This document shows positions 16,969 to 25,296 of a DNA stretch of 64,000 bases, piece by piece; the stretch's first letter is position 1, and every line of letters begins with the position of its first letter. Source of the stretch: Patescibacteria group bacterium (GTDB lineage: Bacteria > Patescibacteriota > Minisyncoccia > Minisyncoccales > UBA5738). Location of the stretch: positions 14,073-78,072 of the forward strand of contig JAKLGH010000003.1 of assembly GCA_022710775.1 (NCBI GenBank), given 5' to 3'. A program made the translations under genes and the position numbers. The notes below the pieces were generated by a model. That model was given only the letters and a program-made list of their open reading frames with translations. It had not been told where the DNA came from and ran no database searches.

Positions 16969-17556
16969 ATGTCCATTGATACGAAAATGACAGAAGCCAA
17001 GCAAATAAAATTGATAAAGATCGGAACGAAGAACGAAGTTAAGGTTAGCGTTTTAAAGGATGTGATCAGGGATTATCCGCTTTTGGCGGGGGCGGCTGTA
17101 TCTTCGATAGAAGTACCGACCGAAGTATCCGAACAGCCAAAAAGCTTGGAGGAAACGATTGGCGGAGCGAAAGCCAGGGCAAAAAACGCGTTTTCCGCTT
17201 GCGACCTAAGTTTTGGAATAGAAGACGGATTGATGAAAGTCCCGGGAACATTGACCGGTTATATGAATATCTGCGTTTGTGCTGTTTATGACGTAGAAAA
17301 TTACTATCTGGGAATATCTTCGGCCTTCGAATATCCGGAAAAGATCGTTAAAATCCTTTTTAGGGAGGGTTTGGACGTAAATCAGGCTTTTTTTGAAACA
17401 GGGCTGACTAAGAACAAGAAAATCGGATCAGCCGAGGGGGCAGTGGCGATTCTGACTAGGAGCCGCTGGCGGAGGGCCGATACAATCAAGCAGTCGATCA
17501 TTAGCGCGCTGATATCTTTTGAGAACAAAGAATTATATTATCCCGAAGAACAATAG
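16969..17556 (+). CDS. inosine/xanthosine triphosphatase (YjjX/DUF84 family non-canonical NTPase)
   Basis: 195 aa. VSEQPKSLEETIGGAKARAKNAF and FGIEDGL match the YjjX pattern (SGVxEQPxGxEETxxGAxNRA; IExG). Confidence 0.7.
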   Translation: MSIDTKMTEAKQIKLIKIGTKNEVKVSVLKDVIRDYPLLAGAAVSSIEVPTEVSEQPKSLEETIGGAKARAKNAFSACDLSFGIEDGLMKVPGTLTGYMNICVCAVYDVENYYLGISSAFEYPEKIVKILFREGLDVNQAFFETGLTKNKKIGSAEGAVAILTRSRWRRADTIKQSIISALISFENKELYYPEEQ

Positions 17557-17557
17557 C

Positions 17558-18298
17558 ATGAAAAAATTATTAGTTTTTTTACTCTTGTTTTCCGTAGTAT
17601 TGTTTTTAACCAGCGTTTTAATGCTGGAAAAAAGCGATCCAACAACGGCAGATATCTCCCAGCCGTTGAAATCAGCCAGCCATTCGGAAGAATCCGGCAT
17701 TTCCCCGGCGGTTGAAGTTACAAAAACCCCGATTCCCAAAACCTGCGATTTGTCTTCTTACGGCCTGGATTGCGATATTGCCGAATATTTGGAGAAAAAT
17801 CTGGCTTGGACGGTTAAGAACGGCGTGAAATTTTGTTCTTATGAAGAACTGGGAGAGTCAAAAGGTAAGGACCGGTTTTTATATGCGGTTTGCCAGGAAT
17901 TTTACGCGGAAGCCGGCAATATTTACATCGGCAGCGGAATTTCCGTTCCTTTGAAATTGATCGCGGCCAATGGCGTTTTTTCCCATTGGGTTCCCCGCGA
18001 TGGCAGTTATTACTCCCAGGATATTAAAATGATGTTTCCAAAAGACCTGCAGGAAGCGGCGATTAACTACGCTAATTACGAGGTTTTAAACAAGATCAAT
18101 ACTCTCCGCGCTGAGCATTATTTCAACGCCTCCATCAAATATTCGGTTGAAAAAATCACAGACCAAGGCTGTTTTGACGACATTGATTGTTTGACTCCCG
18201 GCGAGTATCTGATGCGGTCCAATTGCCAATATACGGCAAGATGCGTCCAGGGAAAGTGCGCTGTCGTCTGCCCCGATTATTATTACCCGGAAAAGTAA
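17558..18298 (+). CDS. secreted/anchored Cys-rich protein, unknown function
   Basis: ATG at 17558, 2 nt after the previous stop. Signal/anchor MKKLLVFLLLFSVVLFLTSVLML. 11 Cys in the mature part. Confidence 0.65.
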   Translation: MKKLLVFLLLFSVVLFLTSVLMLEKSDPTTADISQPLKSASHSEESGISPAVEVTKTPIPKTCDLSSYGLDCDIAEYLEKNLAWTVKNGVKFCSYEELGESKGKDRFLYAVCQEFYAEAGNIYIGSGISVPLKLIAANGVFSHWVPRDGSYYSQDIKMMFPKDLQEAAINYANYEVLNKINTLRAEHYFNASIKYSVEKITDQGCFDDIDCLTPGEYLMRSNCQYTARCVQGKCAVVCPDYYYPEK

Positions 18299-18310
18299 AA
18301 TTTTTTTATT

Positions 18311-18344
18311 AATTTGTTCCCCGGGTAATCCCTGGGAACAAATT
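18311..18344. other. strong hairpin (11 bp plus 3 bp) after the 17558 gene; a second GNRA-capped hairpin at 18375-18402
   Basis: AATTTGTTCCC...GGGAACAAATT is a perfect 11-bp stem. The second is TCGCC-G-CCCGGG-GTGA-CCCGGG-A-GGCGA. There is no T-run on the plus strand, so these are not canonical terminators. Confidence 0.5.
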
Positions 18345-18432
18345 AAGGAGGATTCCAAAGGAAGCATTCTTTGGTCGCCGCCCGGGGTGACCCGGGAGGC
18401 GAAATTCCTATGAAAAATATAAATTCGATTCA

Positions 18433-19218
18433 ATGAACGGAAACGATATTGCCGGATTCCCGGAATTTTTAGCCAAGAGAGCGGGCAGGATTCTGATGGA
18501 TTCTTCGCGCCGGATAAGAACGAGCAAGGGCGAACCCGGGAATTTTGCCACAGATGCCGATATGGAAAGCGAGCGTTATTTGATTTCGTCCGTTTCAAAG
18601 AAATTTCCGCGCCATGCGATACTGTCGGAGGAAACCAGGAATAAGATAAAAAAACCCGAAACAGTGCCTTCTTTATGGATCATGGATCCGCTGGACGGCA
18701 CAACGAATTTTTTTTACGGAATTCCGATGTTTTGCGTATCCGTTGCTTACGCGGAATTCGGAAAGGTGGTTGCTGGGGCAATCTATGATCCGAACCGGGG
18801 AGAAATGTTTTCGGCCAGAGTTGGAAGGGGCGCTTTTCTGAACCAGGAAAAGATCCGGGTTCAAAACGGAGGTTTTTCCGGTTCTTTGGCCAACATCGGC
18901 TCTCCGTATAAGCGTTCGGATTTTTCAAAATGCAAGCCTTTGTTCGATAAAGTTTATAGCAAAGGGGCAAGGCCGAGGAATTTTGGTTCGGCGGCGTTGG
19001 AAATCGCGTACGTTGCGTGCGGACGGCTTTCTTATTATTTTGAATGGGGCGCGCGTCCCTGGGACGTGGCGGCCGGTTCATTGATCATATCCGAGGCCGG
19101 CGGAAAAACGGAATATTTCGGCGGAAAAAATTTTTTTAACGCCAAGGGTTTCGCTTTTTCGCCGAAAATTCCAATGATAATCCAGCCAATCAGTGTGAAA
19201 AAACAGCGGAATCAATAA
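18433..19218 (+). CDS. suhB: inositol monophosphatase family protein (SuhB-like)
   Basis: 261 aa. Motifs LSEET, WIMDPLDGTTNF and the later WD..AG signature. Confidence 0.85.
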   Translation: MNGNDIAGFPEFLAKRAGRILMDSSRRIRTSKGEPGNFATDADMESERYLISSVSKKFPRHAILSEETRNKIKKPETVPSLWIMDPLDGTTNFFYGIPMFCVSVAYAEFGKVVAGAIYDPNRGEMFSARVGRGAFLNQEKIRVQNGGFSGSLANIGSPYKRSDFSKCKPLFDKVYSKGARPRNFGSAALEIAYVACGRLSYYFEWGARPWDVAAGSLIISEAGGKTEYFGGKNFFNAKGFAFSPKIPMIIQPISVKKQRNQ

Positions 19219-19307
19219 AATGCGCGCATAAACAGCTTTTAACCGAAGCTCCGGGTTATTCAGCCAGATTGATAAAATATAATAATAAAAAGAAAAAAAG
19301 AAATTCA

Positions 19308-20624
19308 ATGGCCAGCGACTTAAAAACAAAAATATTTTATGGCCTGTGCGTTTTTTCCTTTTTTCTGGGCACGACATCAGCCGCTTTTTTTGAGGAAAAA
19401 TATGAATTTGGCAACGGAAAAGTGAATTTCTTTTGGATAGCCGTGGTTATAGGATTCTGGCTGTTAGCCTTGTTTTTTTTCCGGAACATCAGAAAAAAGG
19501 AAAGGGAAAGAGCTTACAAAACCATCAGAGAGGCGCGGGCGGTGGATTCGGCTTGGGAAGAAGAGAAAATGGCCCGACGGATCGCGGAAGTTTTTTTTAA
19601 ATTCGAAGAAGCTTGGGGGCATTTCGATATTTACGCTCTGAAATCCTGCGCTACCGAGAATTATTACCAGCTTCTCGTGATGGAAATGGGCGTGCTCAAA
19701 AGACGGCAACGCCAGAATTTCGCTTTGATCCCGCAAATCCGCGATATCAATATTTTACTGGCTCGAGACGAATCGGACAACGAAAAGGACCTGGTTGTGG
19801 CCGAAATTCTGGCGCGGATGGATAATGTGCTGATTGATACGGAAAACAGCGAAATGCTTTTGGCAAATTACGATTATTTCCGGCAATTCTGGGTTTTTCG
19901 CCGGGAAAACGATATCTGGAAAGTTGATGCCGTCCGTAGCGATCTGGAGAGGTCTCCGGTAATCGAGAGCTCGCTGAAAGGTTTTGCCCAGCGAAACGGG
20001 TTTTATTATGATCCTGATTTCTCCCAAGTTGTGATCCCGGATAAGGGGGCGTTGTTTTCAAAGACCAAATTCGGAAAGTCCCAGACGGATAACCATATCA
20101 TCGGAAACCTTGGCGGGAGGATAGTGGAGTTTTTCACCTACGAATCCGCTCCGGGAAAGAAACGCCGGGTAACGCCGGGCTCGGATGAAAAGATCCGGAT
20201 GCTTGAAGAGCTGGAAAATCCATACGGCAATTCGGGAAATGCGGCAATCCCGGCAATCAGCTGCGGTTCGGGTTATGCGGTTGCCCAGGCAATCCTTCCT
20301 ACGAGATATTACGATATCTTAATCAGGCGCCGCGGCAGCTTCATTGATCTTGCGCCGCGCGGTTTGAAAAGATATAAAGGAAGGGAATGCCGGTTCGGCG
20401 ATTATATTTCGCTTTTTGCCGATTCCCGCGACGATATCAACGATTTTCCTCTCGCTACGGATGAATTTCTGGAGCAGATCAAGGGATTTCCGACCGGTTT
20501 GAATATCGAGGTTGTCGGAAGCTTCCTTTATGTTTATTCAAGAAACCAATCTAAAGTGACTTATGAAAAAATGCTTGATATCTTAAAGCTCGCTTTGGAC
20601 AAGATTTGCTCCAGGGCCGCATAA
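19308..20624 (+). CDS. membrane protein with Tim44-like domain and a C-terminal DUF3137-like region
   Basis: The track ORF starts at TTG 19269; ATG 19308 is preferred. Two TM helices, then a region resembling the Tim44-like fold (AWEEEKMARRIAEVFFKFEEAWGHFD..LKSCATENYY). Domain assignments are by eye and weak. Confidence 0.55.
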   Translation: MASDLKTKIFYGLCVFSFFLGTTSAAFFEEKYEFGNGKVNFFWIAVVIGFWLLALFFFRNIRKKERERAYKTIREARAVDSAWEEEKMARRIAEVFFKFEEAWGHFDIYALKSCATENYYQLLVMEMGVLKRRQRQNFALIPQIRDINILLARDESDNEKDLVVAEILARMDNVLIDTENSEMLLANYDYFRQFWVFRRENDIWKVDAVRSDLERSPVIESSLKGFAQRNGFYYDPDFSQVVIPDKGALFSKTKFGKSQTDNHIIGNLGGRIVEFFTYESAPGKKRRVTPGSDEKIRMLEELENPYGNSGNAAIPAISCGSGYAVAQAILPTRYYDILIRRRGSFIDLAPRGLKRYKGRECRFGDYISLFADSRDDINDFPLATDEFLEQIKGFPTGLNIEVVGSFLYVYSRNQSKVTYEKMLDILKLALDKICSRAA

Positions 20625-20694
20625 GGAAAAACGGAAGCGGTCATAGCGGAAAAAAACCGGATGTGGATTTAGCGGACGATTTAAATCAACAAAA

Positions 20695-21519
20695 ATGAGG
20701 CGTAAATTAAGGATATTAATTGCGTTTTTTGCGTTTATCGCCTTGGTTTTAGGTTACGGATTATTTGAAGCACAATGGATTAAAACCTCTTATTTAACCA
20801 TCGCGCATCCGGAGATTCCGGAAGGATTTTCTCATAAAAAAATTATTTTCGCTTCCGATTTCCATTGTGGTTTGTTTTTTAGCCAGGAGCGGGCTGCAAA
20901 AATTGTGGAAACGATCAACGGATTGGATCCGGATATTGTTATTCTAGGCGGGGATTATGTCGACAGTTCCAAAGAATACATTGAACCTTGTTTTCATGAA
21001 TTGGCTAAGCTTAAGTCGAAGCACGGGGTTTACGGGGTGCTTGGCAATCATGACTATCTGGTAGGGGAAGCGGAAACCAAAGCTGCGATGGTTTCCGCTT
21101 CCATTGTTGTTTTGGATAACGATTCCAAGTGGCTTGATATCGGCGGCCAGAGGATTAAAATCGGGGGAGTGGCGGATTTTTTGACAGGCCATGCCGTATT
21201 GGAACCCGCTATCAGCGACGTAAAGGATGGCGATTTTGTAGTTTTAGCGTTTCATAACCCAAACTATTACGATAAAATTTCCGGAAATGTCGATTTAGCG
21301 CTTTCCGGCCATACCCATGGCGGACAGATAAGTTTATTCGGAAAATGGCATCCGTTTTTTGAACTGAGGTACGGCCAAAAATACATATCCGGAATATATA
21401 AAAATAAAAACTCGTTATTATTGGTTTCCAACGGTTTGGGAACAACGATTCTTCCGTTCCGTTTTTTCGCCAGACCGGAGATAAACGTTATTACGCTGGA
21501 GAGCAGCGTCTCTAATTGA
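20695..21519 (+). CDS. membrane-anchored calcineurin-like metallophosphoesterase
   Basis: 274 aa. SDFHCG, GGDYVD, GNHD and GHTHGGQ motifs. N-terminal TM helix. Confidence 0.85.
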   Translation: MRRKLRILIAFFAFIALVLGYGLFEAQWIKTSYLTIAHPEIPEGFSHKKIIFASDFHCGLFFSQERAAKIVETINGLDPDIVILGGDYVDSSKEYIEPCFHELAKLKSKHGVYGVLGNHDYLVGEAETKAAMVSASIVVLDNDSKWLDIGGQRIKIGGVADFLTGHAVLEPAISDVKDGDFVVLAFHNPNYYDKISGNVDLALSGHTHGGQISLFGKWHPFFELRYGQKYISGIYKNKNSLLLVSNGLGTTILPFRFFARPEINVITLESSVSN

Positions 21520-22177
21520 TTTCGGAGCGAGCCAGTACGAGCCCGGTGACGGTTTTAGCTCCGTTTTCCAACAGAACATGGGCGCATTCTTCCATTGTCG
21601 CTCCGGTAGTAAAGATATCGTCGATCAGCAAAATGTCGATTCCGGCGGCGTTCGGCGGTTTTTTGCATCTGATCGTGCCTTTGACGCTCTTTTTGCGTTC
21701 CGCGGCCGAAAGCGTCGCTTGAGGGGCGGCACCGTCGTTTTTTTGCAGCAATTCGTAAAGCAAGGGGATGCCTAGCGTCTTTGAGATTTCTTCTGCTAGC
21801 TCTTCGGCTTGATTAAATCCCCTCCAGTGTTTTCTTTTCTTCGACAAGGGGACGGCAGCCAGCGAATATGTCCCAAAGTCCGGTTTATTGTCAATAAGGT
21901 TTAAGTGGCCGCAAATAACATCGGCCAGGGGACCTTTAAGCTCCTTTAAAAAAGGTTCGTATTTGAATTTGGCAACGGCTTTCTGCACGAATCGGTTTTG
22001 GTAGGATGCGGCTTCATAGAGATCGGAAAGATTTTTTGACCGGTATCGTTTATGGCAAGAATTTATCTCAAAAAGCTGCCGGCAGTCTAAGCACAGCAAA
22101 GAACCATAACGACCGCAAAAAATGCATTCGGCCGGGAAGGCCAGGTTAAAAATTTTTTCTAATAATTTTTTGAACAT
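21512..22177 (-). CDS. comFC: ComF family protein (ComFC, phosphoribosyltransferase-like competence protein)
   Basis: 221 aa. N-terminal Cys4 (CIFCGR..CLDC). C-terminal PRT motif ILLIDDIFTTGATMEE. Confidence 0.85.
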   Translation of the reverse strand: MFKKLLEKIFNLAFPAECIFCGRYGSLLCLDCRQLFEINSCHKRYRSKNLSDLYEAASYQNRFVQKAVAKFKYEPFLKELKGPLADVICGHLNLIDNKPDFGTYSLAAVPLSKKRKHWRGFNQAEELAEEISKTLGIPLLYELLQKNDGAAPQATLSAAERKKSVKGTIRCKKPPNAAGIDILLIDDIFTTGATMEECAHVLLENGAKTVTGLVLARSEIN

Positions 22178-22249
22178 ATCCGCTTGTCATATTTTCTCTT
22201 CTTTTTTGATATGTGATATTATAATAATAACGTTTGAAAAGGCAAATTT

Positions 22250-23341
22250 ATGGCTCTGCCAAAATTGTTCAATAAGCGCTTTTTGGGAATTGATATCGGG
22301 ACTTCCGCGGTTAGGATCGTGGAGCTTTCAAAACAGGGGCAAAAGATGGAGCTTACAAATTATGGGGAAGTGAGAAACGAATCCTTCCAGGAAGAAGCAT
22401 CGAAAGTGGCAAAGAAAGGAATGGTTTTCTTTTCGGCCAAGGATATTGCCGAGATTATTACATCGATCCTTGGCGAAGCGAAGATCAAGACCAGGACTTG
22501 CGCTTTTTCCGTTCCGGATTTTTCTTCCTTTTTCACGAATTTCAAACTTCCGCCGATGACCAAAAAAGAGCTGAGTGAAGCGGTTGTTTATGAGGCAAGG
22601 CAGCACATACCCCTCCCCTTAGATAGCGTTACTATCGACTGGAACTTGGTTGGCGGAAGCTTTGACAGGCCTTCGGAGCTGGAAGTGATACTCGCCGCCA
22701 TACCCAATGAGATCATCGATCAATATAAAGAAATTGCGACTTTTGCCCATCTTGACATTGCCGCACTTGAAGCCGAAGTTTTTGGCTTGTCGCATGCTTT
22801 GGTGAAAGAAACCGATAACGATCTGATTTGCATTGTGGATATTGGAACTCAAAGCACAACTTGTAGTATAATAGAAAAAAGAATGCTGAAAACTTCTTAT
22901 AGCTTCGATATTGCCGGCAGCCGATTGATCGATGACATCGTAGAAAGAATGTCTCTGGGTTCCAAGATGGGACAGGAAATAAAAATGAAATACGGCATCA
23001 AATTTTTTTCAATGCTAAATCCGCAGCTAAGGGAAAAACTGCATGCGGCGATTATTTCCGCGCTGGAGCCGATCTTAAGGGAAGTTAAACTTGCTATCTC
23101 AAATTTTTACCAGGAGGAGAACAGGGAGGTTAAAAAAATAATAATCACCGGCGGAACATCGCTTTTGCCGGGGGTAAAAGAATGCTTCGCGAGTTATTTC
23201 AATAAAGAAACTGACATCGGCAATCCGTTCCAGGGCCTGGTTTATCCCGGAATCTTGGAAAATCGACTGAAAGAAATGGGCCCCTTCTTCTCGGTAGCCG
23301 TCGGTATGGCGAAAAAAGGATTGGAAATAAAATTCAAATGA
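22250..23341 (+). CDS. pilM: type IV pilus assembly ATPase-fold protein PilM
   Basis: 363 aa. Actin-like GIDIGTSAVRIVEL and IITGGTSLLPG. Confidence 0.85.
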   Translation: MALPKLFNKRFLGIDIGTSAVRIVELSKQGQKMELTNYGEVRNESFQEEASKVAKKGMVFFSAKDIAEIITSILGEAKIKTRTCAFSVPDFSSFFTNFKLPPMTKKELSEAVVYEARQHIPLPLDSVTIDWNLVGGSFDRPSELEVILAAIPNEIIDQYKEIATFAHLDIAALEAEVFGLSHALVKETDNDLICIVDIGTQSTTCSIIEKRMLKTSYSFDIAGSRLIDDIVERMSLGSKMGQEIKMKYGIKFFSMLNPQLREKLHAAIISALEPILREVKLAISNFYQEENREVKKIIITGGTSLLPGVKECFASYFNKETDIGNPFQGLVYPGILENRLKEMGPFFSVAVGMAKKGLEIKFK

Positions 23342-23472
23342 TGCCCAGGTATTCCGTCCATGAAAAAATTACAACTCTTGGTTTTTCCGCTAAGTGCGGA
23401 AAATGAGGAGTCCGGAGAAAATGTTAGCGGATTCCGCAAGATGCGGAAATACTGCCAGAAAAATTAATCGAT

Positions 23473-23994
23473 ATGACCACAAATAAATCAAAAAAGGGTT
23501 TTCCTTACGAGAATATACTTTTTTATTTTTCCCTCGTAGTTCTGATTTGCGTGGCCGGCGGTTATTTCTTTCTTTACTATACCGGCCAAAAATTGGAAGA
23601 AGAAGGCGTATCGCTTGACGCGACGCTGGCAAAACAAAAAACGCCGGCCCAAAAGAAATTGGAACAGGATGTTTTGTCCAACCAGCAGCGCATGACCGAT
23701 TTTCCCGTATTGATGGCTTCGCATAAAGTTGGGTCGGAATTTTTCCGAAAGCTGGAATCTTTAACTCATCCGTATATAGTTTTTAACATGGCCAAGGTAA
23801 GCCCGGTTATGGGGACCGCTTCGATCGGAGGAACTGCCGATAATTTTGAGTCCCTTGCCCAGCAATTGATAATTTTCGAAGAAGCGGAGGGTTTTGGCAG
23901 CGGAATCGATCTTTCGAAGATAGCTTTAAATAGCGAGGGACGGGTGGATTTTGTGTTTTCGATCAAGCTTGATCCTTCCTTGCTGGCTTTTTAG
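23473..23994 (+). CDS. PilN-like bitopic pilus assembly protein
   Basis: 173 aa with one N-terminal TM helix then a coiled region. Assigned by its position directly after pilM. Confidence 0.5.
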   Translation: MTTNKSKKGFPYENILFYFSLVVLICVAGGYFFLYYTGQKLEEEGVSLDATLAKQKTPAQKKLEQDVLSNQQRMTDFPVLMASHKVGSEFFRKLESLTHPYIVFNMAKVSPVMGTASIGGTADNFESLAQQLIIFEEAEGFGSGIDLSKIALNSEGRVDFVFSIKLDPSLLAF

Positions 23995-24070
23995 ACCGGC
24001 CGTTTAACGGCAACCGGATAAAATTGTTCATATCGCCGCGTTCGTTCCAAAAGGAGCAGCGCATAAATTA

Positions 24071-24679
24071 ATGCCACGAAACGTCTTAGAATCGCTAGTC
24101 ATCATTTTGATCGCCTTAACTTTCGGTATGATTTTAGTGTTGCCTAAATATGAAGATACCAATGCTTTGCGGGAGAAGGTCCAAATAAAAAAAGCGGATC
24201 TGGAGAACCGCGAAAATTATTTCGAAGAATTGGAAAAAATATCCAAGGAGTTTAAAAACAACAAAGAAAATCTTGATAAAATAAAAACCGCTTTGCCTAT
24301 CGGGCCAATGACTCCTTCCTTGGCAAATTTTATCCAATCGGCATCTTCGCAATCCGGTCTTATCTTGAAAAATTTCCTGTACGGATCAACCAAGGCCGCG
24401 GTTGTGGACGAAACGGCTGCGCGGGTTGTCCAAGAATATGAGATCGGGCTGACCTTATCCGGTTCCTACCCGGCTTTTAAGGATTTTCTTGACAAGATCG
24501 AAAAATCGAGCCGGCTGATCGAAATCCAGGACATCTCCTTTACGGTGAGCGAACGATCCAAGAGCGATAAGGTAATTTTTGTTCCACCGGCCGATAATGC
24601 GGTTGAGGAAGGAGAAACAAATAAACAGGATAGCCGGATTTACGAATTCGTTTTGAAATTAAAAACCCATTATTATTAA
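24071..24679 (+). CDS. PilO-like bitopic pilus assembly protein
   Basis: 202 aa. TM helix, long coiled coil, then LTLSGSYPAFKDFLDKIEKSSRLIEIQDISF (PilO-type ferredoxin-like core pattern). Confidence 0.55.
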   Translation: MPRNVLESLVIILIALTFGMILVLPKYEDTNALREKVQIKKADLENRENYFEELEKISKEFKNNKENLDKIKTALPIGPMTPSLANFIQSASSQSGLILKNFLYGSTKAAVVDETAARVVQEYEIGLTLSGSYPAFKDFLDKIEKSSRLIEIQDISFTVSERSKSDKVIFVPPADNAVEEGETNKQDSRIYEFVLKLKTHYY

Positions 24680-24724
24680 AGGATGGGATTTAATTCCAAT
24701 AACCGGATTACTTAATAAATTATT

Positions 24725-24991
24725 ATGGTGATCACATTTGAAGAAGAGCAAGGGAATCCGATCGTCAGATACGCGATCATCTTTGGTTCAGTGGCGTTTG
24801 TCGGCGGCATTGGTTTTTTCGGATACCAGTATTTTAAAAATCTTAGCGATCAGGCCAATAAGGAAGTTGCGCCTACGCAGGTAACAATTAATTGGGCAAC
24901 TTTGAAAGACGAAAAGATAGATAAACTTGAACTTTTTCCCGCTATTTCCCGGATTGAAGGCGATGTGGGAAAAGAGAATCCGTTTGATTAA
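24725..24991 (+). CDS. small single-TM protein in the pilus operon, unknown function
   Basis: 88 aa. TM helix YAIIFGSVAFVGGIGFFGY. Confidence 0.5.
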   Translation: MVITFEEEQGNPIVRYAIIFGSVAFVGGIGFFGYQYFKNLSDQANKEVAPTQVTINWATLKDEKIDKLELFPAISRIEGDVGKENPFD

Positions 24992-25296
24992 GTACGGATT
25001 GCAATTAGCAACGCGCTAATTATGGATTGAAAACCTGTTGCCTCCCGAGAGCGGGAAGCTTTATCAAGTTCGATCAGTTGAATTTAACGTATCAACGCTG
25101 GCAAGCGCCAGGAACATCAAATTCAGTCAAAAACCGCTTTCCCGCAATTTAGCATCTCACCGCGGGGAAAATCATTCTCGATGCCGTTAAAGCGCCATTT
25201 TTGGCGCTAAGGTCGGCAGTTTTACCTTGCGGGTCGGTTTGCCGGATCCCAGGAAATAACATTCGGAAAATATAAAATTGATACTAGGGGCCGAAT

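Noticed and set aside
23360-23467. 35-aa ORF (MKKLQLLVFPLSAENEESGENVSGFRKMRKYCQKN) in the pilM-pilN spacer.
   Set aside because: It has no SD and no hydrophobic or recognisable motif. The sequence is dominated by the two palindromic hairpins, so an RNA/DNA element is the more economical reading. It is not excluded.
24992-25296. Known housekeeping ncRNAs (SRP/4.5S, RNase P, tmRNA, 6S) hidden in the long spacers (also 5290-5475, 33035-33238, 41450-41790).
   Set aside because: I could not find the diagnostic strings, such as GGAAGCAGCC-type SRP domain IV, GAGGAAAGUCC of RNase P, or a tRNA-like end with a tag ORF for tmRNA. A covariance-model scan would be needed to be sure.
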